DNA of 64,000 nucleotides from Promethearchaeota archaeon (lineage in GTDB: Archaea > Asgardarchaeota > Heimdallarchaeia > Hodarchaeales > Hodarchaeaceae): NCBI GenBank assembly GCA_048938105.1, contig JBHLMN010000012.1:32001-96000 (forward strand). The letters are read 5' to 3'. A program made the translations under genes and the position numbers. Under the pieces are notes generated by a model. It was not told the DNA's origin and ran no database searches. It worked only from the letters and a program-made list of their open reading frames with translations. Of this stretch, positions 20,516 through 30,151 are shown piece after piece (position 1 is the stretch's first letter; each line of letters opens with the position of its first letter).

Positions 20516-21193
20516 TTAAGGTAACGAAATAACAGTATCAACTTTTTTTTCAGGTAAATAGAATCGTCTTAACCCATATTCCTTTGCTAGAATGTATAAG
20601 GACAGCGTGTGGATTTTAGTTAAACCAGTAATGTCGGTAATAATGGAATAGTTTAAGATAATGTCATCAATGACTTGTTTCATTGTTTGGTAGGTCGGTT
20701 CAAACTCAAGTAAGGGAACCTCAATTAATTGAGCTTCTGAATGTATCCTTTGCAGATTTAACCAGTTGTCATCATTCTCCAAAATTTCAATAATTTCAGT
20801 TGTTGTAAAAATGAAAAGTGCTTTAAATGCCCATCCGTGAGACTTTAATCTCTCAATAGACTGATTTAACTGTAATCCTGAATTTTTCTTGCCAACCATA
20901 CCTAAATATGCATATTTTTGTGTATTTTCGAAATATCGTCTTGCTCGTTCGATAAAACGCGGTGAGATACGAAGATAAATGGCTTTAGTTCCAGGTTGTT
21001 TTTCTTTAACTACGATATTACTTTCTAGTAGTATATTAAGATGATGGCGGGCGTTAGTTTCAGATATTTTTAGATAATCAATATATAATGATTTGAAATC
21101 AGTTAAACCTTGATTAAGTAACGTTTCAACAAATTTCTTTCGTGTTGCTTCTTTTAGTGATTCCACGAAAATGGTATAAGGTGGATCATCCAT
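20516..21193 (-). CDS. Winged-HTH + CARF transcriptional regulator (Csa3-like, reversed domain order)
   Basis: N-terminal ArsR-like HTH (LKISETNARHHLNILLESNIV); C-terminal Rossmann/CARF (YLGMVG...ITDITGLTKIHTLSL). Confidence 0.75.
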   Translation of the reverse strand: MDDPPYTIFVESLKEATRKKFVETLLNQGLTDFKSLYIDYLKISETNARHHLNILLESNIVVKEKQPGTKAIYLRISPRFIERARRYFENTQKYAYLGMVGKKNSGLQLNQSIERLKSHGWAFKALFIFTTTEIIEILENDDNWLNLQRIHSEAQLIEVPLLEFEPTYQTMKQVIDDIILNYSIITDITGLTKIHTLSLYILAKEYGLRRFYLPEKKVDTVISLP

Positions 21194-21233
21194 TTTCCTT
21201 CACTAGAATATGATATCATTTTTCCCTTTATAA

Positions 21234-21299
21234 TATATTCGCTATATACACTAGCGAATATAATAATATTTATATACGCTATATACAATAGAGTATATG
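21234..21299. promoter_or_regulatory. Two tandem palindromic operator-like sites in the divergent HTH-CARF / viperin promoter
   Basis: TATATTCGCTA-N7-TAGCGAATATA (21234-21262, perfect) and TATATACGCTA-N7-TAGAGTATATG (21271-21299, 9/11); 37-bp period. Confidence 0.75.
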
Positions 21300-21318
21300 G
21301 AGAAAGGGATTAAGAAAT

Positions 21319-22248
21319 ATGATTGGAAATAAGGCAAATAGAATTTTCATTGAAAATAAGCATTGTAATGAGCCTTTACATAACATAGAAAGAGGGGATG
21401 TCTCACAAAAACTCATAAGTGTGAATTATCATCTGACAAACGCCTGTAATTATCAATGTAGATTCTGTTTTGCGCGATTTCCTCAATCACATAAAATCTT
21501 GCCATTAAAGAAAGCAAAAAAGCTAGTAACACAGCTCTCAATGCATGGAACTAAAAAAATAACGTTTGTAGGGGGAGAGCCCCTTCTTTATCCACAGTTA
21601 GGGGAATTAATCCGTTATACGAAAAACTACAATATTACTACAATGATAATAACCAATGGATCACTTTTAGATTGTGTATATTTAGAATTATATGAAAAGT
21701 ATATAGATTGGATCGGCTTTAGCCTCGATTCAAGTATTGATGTGGTTAATGATACACTTGGGCGTCGCCTAAAAAATAGTCGAAAACAGAATTTAACCCA
21801 TATTCAACGTGTTCGTTCTTTGGTACCCACCGTAAAAAATTTGGGAATTAATGTAAAAATAAATACTGTAGTAACATCGTTGAACTGGCAGGAAGATATG
21901 AACTGGTTAATCAAGGAATTAAAACCAGATCGATGGAAAGTATTCCAGGTTCTAAAAATCGATGGAGAGAATGATAGGGATATCAGCCCTTTACTGATCA
22001 CACCAAGACAATTTCAACATTTTATCTTTCGTCATCAAAATTGTAACCCAAATAAAGAATCCAATGACGCAATGATGGGCAGCTACATCATGATAGATCC
22101 ATTAGGCAGATTTTTTGATAATACAAATGGGTACCTTACTTTTAGTCGTCCGATTCTTGAGGTTGGAGTAGAAAAAGCATTTAGTGACATACAGTTCTCA
22201 TTAAAAAAATTTTATCAACGAGGTGGGCATTATAATTGGGACACTTGA
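21319..22248 (+). CDS. RSAD2: Viperin (radical SAM antiviral ddhNTP synthase)
   Basis: SVNYHLTNACNYQCRFCF (CxxxCxxC), KITFVGGEP, KINTVV, RWKVFQVLKIDGEND, ESNDAMMGSYIMIDPLGRF: viperin-specific motifs. Confidence 0.95.
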   Translation: MIGNKANRIFIENKHCNEPLHNIERGDVSQKLISVNYHLTNACNYQCRFCFARFPQSHKILPLKKAKKLVTQLSMHGTKKITFVGGEPLLYPQLGELIRYTKNYNITTMIITNGSLLDCVYLELYEKYIDWIGFSLDSSIDVVNDTLGRRLKNSRKQNLTHIQRVRSLVPTVKNLGINVKINTVVTSLNWQEDMNWLIKELKPDRWKVFQVLKIDGENDRDISPLLITPRQFQHFIFRHQNCNPNKESNDAMMGSYIMIDPLGRFFDNTNGYLTFSRPILEVGVEKAFSDIQFSLKKFYQRGGHYNWDT

Positions 22249-22278
22249 CCAAAAAGAATCTTTTAAGCAGGTAAAAAG

Positions 22279-22413
22279 ATGATAAAAAAATCAGGAAAAA
22301 AAATTATGGCGAAAGAAGCAGCTACTAGAATATAGTCTCATACAGATCGTACAGGACGGACTCAGCAGTTCAAAGCCCAAGTTCAAAGAGCTGTGAGTAA
22401 AAAACGGAAATAA
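22279..22413 (+). pseudogene. Small basic ORF after viperin, interrupted by an in-frame TAG
   Basis: MIKKSGKKIMAKEAATRI*SHTDRTGRTQQFKAQVQRAVSKKRK; TAG at 22333-22335; CAGGT upstream of the ATG. Confidence 0.5.
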
Positions 22414-22432
22414 GACGAATTTTCGTCTTATT
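22409..22432 (+). terminator. Inverted repeat closing the viperin transcription unit
   Basis: AATAAGACGAA-TT-TTCGTCTTATT perfect 11-bp inverted repeat followed by a pyrimidine-rich tract. Confidence 0.55.
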
Positions 22433-22564
22433 CTCCATTTCAATGATAAAATCTAATCTTAAATACATCATCAAGAGATAAATTTCAAGTTTCTCTTACT
22501 AATAGAGAAATATAGAGATATATTTAAAAGAAAAATGGCATTTAAATTATTTTATTAGAGGAGA

Positions 22565-25357
22565 TTGAGAGAAGTCTTGTCTTATCTTTACTATGAGAAC
22601 TTTTCTGATGTGATGACTAAAGATCAAGCAAGAGCTATAATGTGGGGGATTTACGATAATTTAAAACCATATTTCGGATTTATTGAATCAATAATGAGAG
22701 TTGCAAGTAGAAAGGTGTTATCAGTTGAGGTAGAACCTTTCCCATTAGAAGATCTCATCTCTGAAGAACTATTTGAGATAATTGATGAATCAAAGATTAC
22801 CAAAAAAGAGGAAATATTGAGTCTTTTAAATCAAGAAGAGATAAGGAAAAAATTTGATCGTCAATTAAAATGGATCATTAAACTTGTACAAGAAGAAAAA
22901 GGAGCCCTATACAGAATTATTGATGATCCTGATGATGAGAAGATTGATAGAACAAAAGATGAATTTTTGGCCGCTGAAGAAGTTTATTTAACGAGTAAAG
23001 TAAGGGATGCGAGACGAATTGAGGTATTAACAAGCTATTCCCCTTATGATATTATTGTATTCAAAAAAAAGTGGTTACCAGAAAAAGAAGGAAAATTCAA
23101 GATCTATCTTAGATCTAATCTATACCAATTACAAATGATCTTGGATTCTTTACGGATCCTACAAAATAGACCAATGGATTACAATCGAAATTTAGTTAGA
23201 TTGATGGAAAATATTAATCATGTCCAATTTGACGATTTAGAGAATTTTAAAATAGCTGATAAAGAATGGATGTTCCTTAGCGATCCCAATCGTGAGGGTA
23301 CGAAAGTTCAAAGAGAATTTGTGGAAATTAGCTTAGCCACTCCAGATTTTGCATTATTAGAAGGACCTCCAGGCTCAGGAAAGACAACAACAATCTGTGA
23401 AATAATTTGTCAAGCAATAAAAAGGGGACAAAGAGTTCTATTGGTTGCCTCGACACATGTAGCCGTTGACAACGTCTTAGAAAAACTAATGGATGAAAAT
23501 TCTCATTATTTTAGTGAAATAAAACGAACCGTATTACCGATTCGAATAGGAAGATCAGAACGGATATCTGATTTAGCAACAAAATATCATGCAGAGACAT
23601 TTTGGGAGTCTGAACGAAAAAGATTACGCAGAAGATTGGAACAATTTAAGGAAAGAACAGAGTCTCAAGAAGAAATGTTAAAACTTCTGAGATCATCGGA
23701 AAAACTGATTAATATTCATATGAAAAATGTATTTATTCGTGCAGCAAACTTAGTTTGTGGAACAACCATTGGCATTTTGCGCCATCCTGAAATTTACAGG
23801 ATCAGACGAGGAGGAACAACTCTTTTACCTTATGATCTTTTGATTTTAGATGAAGCGAGTAAAACAACATTTCAAGAATTTCTTGTTCCATCATTAGTAG
23901 CAGGTCGATTTATAATTGTTGGGGATATACGTCAATTATCCCCATTTGTTGATGAGGAGGGAGTTGTATCTAATTTACAAGAAATTTCAGTTTCGGAAGC
24001 TTATTGGGTAACATTAATTAACAATATTAGAAATTCTGAAAAAGTTAACAAAGGAAATAAATACATTGTTCAATTAAAAGAAAATTTAACTGAAAAAGAA
24101 GTGAAAATCATCAAAGAGCTAATACCAAATGATATACCTTGGATATTGCTTTCAGAAGAAAAAAAAGTGGATTCTTTACAATTATTAGGATCTACAATTA
24201 TCATTGGGACACTTAATTCTTTAATTCTACATGAAAAAATGTTACCTCTCAATGTAAATTGGATGAATGATCAAGAAAATTCCATACTCAGTCCATTAAA
24301 TAAAAAATCAGTTCTTCAATCTTTGGACACTTGGCAAAGGAGTTTAAAAGCCTGTAAACAAATGAAACCACCTATAAGCGAAAAGTATGCAAATGATGAG
24401 CAATTTGAAGAAGCAATTGGATGGCGACTAATCCGTGATTATGAGCTTAGATTAATAAAGGATAATCGATATAGAGAGGAAATTGAAAACCTCATCCCAC
24501 AAAATTGGTCTAATGAAGAAAAGAATAATTTTCGATCAATCTTAAACGGTCTGAAACGATTAGCTTTTCCATCAATTATTGAATTGTTACAGAAAGGTTT
24601 TGAACGAAGTTATATACAGAAAGAAAGAGATCTAGGTTCCTGTCTGACAGATGGAATTCCTAGAGTTTTTTTAAATAAAAGACATAGAATTTTGCAGTAT
24701 CAACATAGGATGCATCCAGAGATTTCTGAATTTCCAAGAAAACAGTTTTACAATGATGAAGCCCTTAAAGATATTCCTGGATTAGAGCATGAGCGAGAAT
24801 TAAATTTCAAGAATTATCAACATGCCATATTATGGATTGATGTACCAAGAAAAAAACTAAAACCGAGTATGGTGAAGATTAAAAGTAGGAGGCAATTTAA
24901 AAATAGTAATGAAGATGAAGCTAATGTAATAATATCTGAGCTTAAAGATTTATTAAATCCAAGAAAACTCATTCCAAGACAAGATGGAAGACCTTGGGAG
25001 ATAGCAATACTTCCATTTTATAAAGGCCAGGAACGGTTAATCAGGTTCAAACTTCAAAGATTATTTAGTTCAAACCGAAAACGAACATTTTTCAACAAAA
25101 ATCGAACAGTACGGGTTGAATTATGTGTTGTAGATCGATTCCAAGGGCATGAAGCTGATATTGTTTTTTTATCTTTAGTACGTAATAGCGGGGTGGGATT
25201 TCTAGATACACCTAATCGATTAAATGTCGCACTCACACGACCGCGTTACCAACGTATTATTGTTGGAAATCGTTTACATTTCATTCGACAAGGCCGATCT
25301 GAGTTATTACGAAATTTAGCTGAAGAAACTCCTTATAAGAGATATTATCGGGGTTAA
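22565..25357 (+). CDS. Superfamily 1 helicase, Upf1/DNA2-like (Mokosh MkoA-like, no kinase domain)
   Basis: GPPGSGKTT, ASTHVAVDN, ILDEAS, VGDIRQL, QHRMHP, VDRFQGHE, NRLNVALTR. Confidence 0.9.
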   Translation: MREVLSYLYYENFSDVMTKDQARAIMWGIYDNLKPYFGFIESIMRVASRKVLSVEVEPFPLEDLISEELFEIIDESKITKKEEILSLLNQEEIRKKFDRQLKWIIKLVQEEKGALYRIIDDPDDEKIDRTKDEFLAAEEVYLTSKVRDARRIEVLTSYSPYDIIVFKKKWLPEKEGKFKIYLRSNLYQLQMILDSLRILQNRPMDYNRNLVRLMENINHVQFDDLENFKIADKEWMFLSDPNREGTKVQREFVEISLATPDFALLEGPPGSGKTTTICEIICQAIKRGQRVLLVASTHVAVDNVLEKLMDENSHYFSEIKRTVLPIRIGRSERISDLATKYHAETFWESERKRLRRRLEQFKERTESQEEMLKLLRSSEKLINIHMKNVFIRAANLVCGTTIGILRHPEIYRIRRGGTTLLPYDLLILDEASKTTFQEFLVPSLVAGRFIIVGDIRQLSPFVDEEGVVSNLQEISVSEAYWVTLINNIRNSEKVNKGNKYIVQLKENLTEKEVKIIKELIPNDIPWILLSEEKKVDSLQLLGSTIIIGTLNSLILHEKMLPLNVNWMNDQENSILSPLNKKSVLQSLDTWQRSLKACKQMKPPISEKYANDEQFEEAIGWRLIRDYELRLIKDNRYREEIENLIPQNWSNEEKNNFRSILNGLKRLAFPSIIELLQKGFERSYIQKERDLGSCLTDGIPRVFLNKRHRILQYQHRMHPEISEFPRKQFYNDEALKDIPGLEHERELNFKNYQHAILWIDVPRKKLKPSMVKIKSRRQFKNSNEDEANVIISELKDLLNPRKLIPRQDGRPWEIAILPFYKGQERLIRFKLQRLFSSNRKRTFFNKNRTVRVELCVVDRFQGHEADIVFLSLVRNSGVGFLDTPNRLNVALTRPRYQRIIVGNRLHFIRQGRSELLRNLAEETPYKRYYRG

Positions 25358-25359
25358 AA

Positions 25360-26454
25360 ATGAAGATAACATTAAAAAGAAGGGTGGAGGTATTATCTTA
25401 TGCAGTTCAGATGACAATATTCGAAGAGGAGGATAGACCAGAAATCATTCCACTTCTAAGGACTTTATCAGAAGCCAATGAAACCAACATAAATGTAATC
25501 GAATATCTGCAGAATAATATTTTCATAGACCTTCCTGTTGCTTTTATAAAGAACATTCTTATTGAATTAAGATTGATGGGGTTAATTTTAGAGGATAATA
25601 CTCTTTCAAACAGAGGTAAACAAACATTAGAGAAAGGAGAGGTGATGGTACCTCGTACAGGGCCTTATAGAGTCGATATAGTTGACGATCCTCTAATCAA
25701 ACAAGTTATTATAGATTATAATCCTTTGAATCTAAGTCTAAAAGACGATTTATTTTCACAAGACGATGACTCGAGACAAACAATAGAAATTCCCGATTTT
25801 TTGAGTAATACGATAGATACTCGCGTAAGTACTATTGAAAACAACTCGCGAACAATAGATATCAAGGAAATCCAAGAAAGAGGTTCAAAATTACATAGCA
25901 AACATCAACTAGAAATTACTCTTCAATTTTTGAATAGCTATACTCAGCTTATAGTAAATTATAGAAATCATACAAGAACACTTGAACTCCCTTCAAATTT
26001 TAATGAAAATAAACTCATTGATCGTTTATTAACCTCAATATCATCAGAAGCAGATCTAACTAGATGGCGAATCGAGCAATCTCCAGAATCATTAACTATT
26101 ACAGAACTAAGTCGGTTCAAAAAAAATTTCAATCTGCCCTCATTTGAAATTGAAGAATTGGGTTATTTTTCCTTTGTCACATTACAAGACATTGAGATCT
26201 ACCCTGATAACGATCAAAGTGCACGACAATGGGCAATTGATCTATTTCTTGAAGAGTTATCAGATTATGTGATTAATAAGAGATATCTTGATTTATGGAA
26301 TGATCTAATCTACAAATATCCAGTATTGGGGGAGTATGAGTATGTAATTCCAACGCTTAAAGAACTTTGGTCTGGTGTACAATTTGGATCTCAGAAATAT
26401 TGGTTCTTACGAGCAGGAACAGATATGAGACTTGGGGAGGTAATTCAAGAATGA
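25360..26454 (+). CDS. Hypothetical protein in the helicase-PLD operon
   Basis: 364-aa ORF 2 bp after the helicase stop and overlapping the PLD start; possible N-terminal winged helix. Confidence 0.75.
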   Translation: MKITLKRRVEVLSYAVQMTIFEEEDRPEIIPLLRTLSEANETNINVIEYLQNNIFIDLPVAFIKNILIELRLMGLILEDNTLSNRGKQTLEKGEVMVPRTGPYRVDIVDDPLIKQVIIDYNPLNLSLKDDLFSQDDDSRQTIEIPDFLSNTIDTRVSTIENNSRTIDIKEIQERGSKLHSKHQLEITLQFLNSYTQLIVNYRNHTRTLELPSNFNENKLIDRLLTSISSEADLTRWRIEQSPESLTITELSRFKKNFNLPSFEIEELGYFSFVTLQDIEIYPDNDQSARQWAIDLFLEELSDYVINKRYLDLWNDLIYKYPVLGEYEYVIPTLKELWSGVQFGSQKYWFLRAGTDMRLGEVIQE

Positions 26455-27980
26455 TTGAAAGGTATGAAAAAGATTTTTCAAAACAGTTAAACACAAATAT
26501 CCCACCACATTGGCGAGTTAGGGAAACTGAATCATATAAAAGACAACCCACCACAAAGCGAATCGTAGCAATAGGGGGAGGAGATAACCGTTTTCGGTCA
26601 TTACTGATTAATGCAATTAAAGAAGCTCAGCATACTATCATGCTTTGTTCATTTATATTGAGCGATGAACAGATAATTGAGGAGATCTTAGGAGCTGCTG
26701 ATCGCGAAGTCCGATGCTATTTGATGTTTTCTACTGAAACACAGTTAAAAAAGGAGTACCGCGAAGACATGACAGAGTTTGATCAAAAGACACTTGATGC
26801 TCATAAAAAAATGCTTGACCAACTAGTAGGAAAAGCATTAGCTCGTACAAATGAACATTTACATGCTAAATTTTTACTGATTGATTATAGTTTTCCCTCA
26901 CAAAAAGGGTTCATAAGTACTGCTAATTTTACATATGAAGCATTAACACGAAATCAAGAAATTGGGATTATTCTTACAGAAAAAGAAATCAATGAAGTTT
27001 TTGAATTTTTTAGATTTGGATTTTGGTCCGAAAGTAATCAAGAATTATTACGGATTAGGAGTTGGGATGATGTTAAGAGAGAACATATCAATGTAAACAA
27101 TAATTATTTAAGGATCAGGACAACAACTGTTCAAAATCAGGGAATTAAAAATGAAATTTTTAATTGTATCAAAAACGCACGTGGTTCGCTGATTGTTGCA
27201 AGCTATGGATTCGATGTTGACCATGAAGTAGCAGAAGCTTTGTATCAAAAAGCACAAACAAACGAACTCACTATAATAACACGTCCTAGGGACAGAAACA
27301 TGCCATTTATCGAAAAACTCTCAAATTCAGGAGCAACCATATTCAGTTTCAACTTCTTACATGCAAAATTCATTTATGCTCCGAAAGAAAAATATGGATT
27401 TATCATGACAGCAAATATCGAACCTCGTGGATTAGATACTGGTTATGAAGTTGGAATATTGCTAAATGAGGAGGATTACTCTGAACTTAATGTGATCATC
27501 AATGAATGGCTCAAACATGCTCCTTTGAAGTGGGAAAAAGGTGGAAATGTGCAAATCCTATCTCCAGGAAAAATATTGATACCAAATGGAAAGGAATCCG
27601 AAGAAAAAGAAATCATTCTTGAGTATTCTCTGCCAATTGAAGAAGAGTCTCCACCAGACCTTTTCAAAATGAAGAAACTAATGGAATCTCCCCCTAGAAT
27701 CCCTGAAAAAGTACCAGGATTATTACCCAAAGTAATAAAAGTAAAAAAGATTATTAATCCTCCAATTTTACCTAAAAATGCTGTGAAGATTGATGCAAAT
27801 GAATATTGGAGAAATACATCAAGTAAAGCAGAGTTGAAAAAGAAAAAGATTAAGAAATTTCCTATAACAGTTTATAAACTAAAAAATAATTATTATGGGA
27901 TCATTAAATCGTGGAAGGAATTTGAGAAGGTGAATAATCATCCCGATCTACCAAAAAATATTATATTCATTTCGGAATAA
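26451..27980 (+). CDS. Phospholipase D-family nuclease with two HKD-type motifs (Mokosh MkoB-like)
   Basis: HAKFLLID...STANFT and HAKFIYAP...TANIE; ATG at 26451 with GGAGGT upstream and ATGA overlap. Confidence 0.85.
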   Translation: MIERYEKDFSKQLNTNIPPHWRVRETESYKRQPTTKRIVAIGGGDNRFRSLLINAIKEAQHTIMLCSFILSDEQIIEEILGAADREVRCYLMFSTETQLKKEYREDMTEFDQKTLDAHKKMLDQLVGKALARTNEHLHAKFLLIDYSFPSQKGFISTANFTYEALTRNQEIGIILTEKEINEVFEFFRFGFWSESNQELLRIRSWDDVKREHINVNNNYLRIRTTTVQNQGIKNEIFNCIKNARGSLIVASYGFDVDHEVAEALYQKAQTNELTIITRPRDRNMPFIEKLSNSGATIFSFNFLHAKFIYAPKEKYGFIMTANIEPRGLDTGYEVGILLNEEDYSELNVIINEWLKHAPLKWEKGGNVQILSPGKILIPNGKESEEKEIILEYSLPIEEESPPDLFKMKKLMESPPRIPEKVPGLLPKVIKVKKIINPPILPKNAVKIDANEYWRNTSSKAELKKKKIKKFPITVYKLKNNYYGIIKSWKEFEKVNNHPDLPKNIIFISE

Positions 27981-28100
27981 CCAATACACTTTGTTTAAAT
28001 AATACAAAGTATAAGTTTGAACCAATTTCACAATGTGTAAAGAATAAGATATTTTTATAAGATTTAAACGAAAAATATTATGCAAAAAAAATATTGTTAA

Positions 28101-29543
28101 ATGTTTAGAAGGGACTCATGGATGAGATTCAGAATAAATGGGAATGTTGTTCAACTACTAACAAATCAAAATTGGACTAATGTTTTTCAACAAAATAATC
28201 CATATCAACGAGTTGGTATATCCTGCTATACAGAAAAATCTCTCATGGGAGGGTGGGTCAATCTTCCTCTCTCATTTCCTTTTGAATTTGAAGCTTTAAG
28301 CTATACTAATCGCCGATTTAATAATTTGGTTGTTCTTGAAATTACAGTTGAACGATTCACTCAGTTAAAGCAGCTCTCACACCAATTGATTGATTCCTTT
28401 ACAGATTATAGTTATAAGGGTGGACTCAAAAGACCATTAGTTTATGAAGTATTAAATGATTTCCTCATAGAATTACCTCATTTCAGAGACAATATGACCC
28501 TACTTCTTCAAAAGGTAGAAACTGAGTTTTCTTGGCAAGATGCTACTCAATATAATTGGAATGAAATTCGCGGAGATATCAATCACTATACAAATATTGT
28601 TCAAGTGAATCACTTGCCTTCAGAGTATCAAAAAATATTTAGAAAGCTTTATCATGAATTAAAAGATTTAGAAAATGTGTTTAATCCGAGTGTTGTTTTT
28701 AAGCAAGTATTTAAACGTGAGTTTGATAAATATAGTGATATATTTGAAGAAATTGTTAATCAATATACTAAACCAAACTTAGATTTACAATCCCTTTCAA
28801 TTATCTATGAAGATATTAATACATTGGATTCAAATGTTAAGGGACTTTGGGAACAGATCAATGATTATAATAGAAACTATGCAAATTCTGTGAATGAATT
28901 GAAGAATGAGCTCTTGAATAAAATTAGTCACTTAAAAAATAAAATCCAAAACGAATATCATGAACTAGAACAGCTCCATCAGCTAAAACAAAAGCGGAAA
29001 GCTATTGAACAAACAATTCTTCAACAATTAAAACTTCTAACACCAGGAATCCAAACACTCTTGACACGTATTAGCGAGTTGACTGACATTGATAAAAAAA
29101 TTGTTGAAGAAACCATAATCAGATTATTGGAGAGGTTCCCCGATTTAGGAAGTTATGATAAAGTATCTCAGGTCTTCATACTTGGGCAAAACATGCCAAC
29201 AGAAATTAATTCTATTTTAGATAATTATCCAAAACCCTCATTCGAAGATATTATTGTAAACCTAGAAAAAGGGAAAGAACCCGATAATGAACAACTCTAT
29301 TTCATTGTTGGAAGGTTACATAAAGAAATAGAATCTGTAATTCGAACATTAGTAGGAAACGAATCTAATAATGATTTTAAAGACAATATTAATCAGGCTT
29401 TTGATCAAGAGTACATTAATAAGAACGAAAAAGATGTTCTTCACGCATTTCGTAAAGCAAGAAATATACTAATGCACGAGGAAGGGGAATCTTTTCCTCT
29501 AGAGTTGATTCTGAATGTTAAAAGCATTCTCGAAAGATTATGA
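28101..29543 (+). CDS. Coiled-coil protein with PCI-like winged helix and C-terminal HEPN-like domain
   Basis: Heptad-rich middle; RISELTDIDKKIVEETIIRLL...GSYD; EIESVIR ... FRKARNILMH (Rx4H). Confidence 0.6.
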   Translation: MFRRDSWMRFRINGNVVQLLTNQNWTNVFQQNNPYQRVGISCYTEKSLMGGWVNLPLSFPFEFEALSYTNRRFNNLVVLEITVERFTQLKQLSHQLIDSFTDYSYKGGLKRPLVYEVLNDFLIELPHFRDNMTLLLQKVETEFSWQDATQYNWNEIRGDINHYTNIVQVNHLPSEYQKIFRKLYHELKDLENVFNPSVVFKQVFKREFDKYSDIFEEIVNQYTKPNLDLQSLSIIYEDINTLDSNVKGLWEQINDYNRNYANSVNELKNELLNKISHLKNKIQNEYHELEQLHQLKQKRKAIEQTILQQLKLLTPGIQTLLTRISELTDIDKKIVEETIIRLLERFPDLGSYDKVSQVFILGQNMPTEINSILDNYPKPSFEDIIVNLEKGKEPDNEQLYFIVGRLHKEIESVIRTLVGNESNNDFKDNINQAFDQEYINKNEKDVLHAFRKARNILMHEEGESFPLELILNVKSILERL

Positions 29544-29578
29544 ACAAAAAATTTATCGTTGAATTCCTCACCCTTTTA

Positions 29579-29606
29579 ATTTTATCAATCCAGCCTTTTA
29601 CGACCT
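29579..29606 (+). repeat. 28-bp dif-like site, copy 7
   Basis: ATTTTATCAAT-CCAGCC-TTTTACGACCT, between convergent stops. Confidence 0.75.
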
Positions 29607-29609
29607 AAT

Positions 29610-30151
29610 TTAGGGATAATCAGTTTTTTGATAAATGATTCTTGCATCCTCCTCCCATACTTTAGTTATACTTAGAAACCAAGCTAACATCCGCTTATCC
29701 CACCGCCTATGCTTTTGAAAAAGAGTCCAATCAAGTTCTAAAATCTGAACTAGTTCAAGCTCATCATCTAATTTCGTAATAATCACATATTCAAATAATC
29801 TATCATCTTCAATATTTGAATCTGGCGGATTAAGGGTATGAAAAACGCCAGTTTTCTTCGTCGTAGGATGAGTAATGGTTTTTATTGAATACCGCTCTCC
29901 ATTCCTGCTCAATGCGTCGACATTCCGTGTCCCTTCGGGAGTAGCTACTAATTTTGGTAGATTTGGAGTATCATTGTAAAATTTTATTGCTACTTTCTCT
30001 CCTTTCTCCCCAACAATGTTTTTGTCCGTACTAGAGCTCTGGTTTTAAGTTCTTTTTTTATTAATGCAAACGAGATCCATAACAATTCATCTTCTAAATT
30101 GGAAATGAATTCTCGCAATTCCTCTTTGGATTCCAGTTTCTTCCCCTTCAA
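29610..30151 (-). pseudogene. Frameshifted PD-(D/E)xK nuclease-like gene
   Basis: Upstream frame ...LIKKELKTRALVRT joins NIVGEKGEKVAIKFY...NVDALSRNGERYSIKT only if one base is added in the A5 run at about 30019-30023. Confidence 0.65.

Noticed and set aside
21319-22248. Radical SAM gene as MoaA or a generic radical SAM enzyme
   Set aside because: It lacks the MoaA C-terminal second cluster cysteines and has the viperin-specific NYH, RWKVFQ and SYIMIDP motifs.
26367-26450. ORF-track start of the PLD gene
   Set aside because: It lies inside the upstream gene; the ATG at 26451 has a GGAGGT SD and an ATGA overlap.
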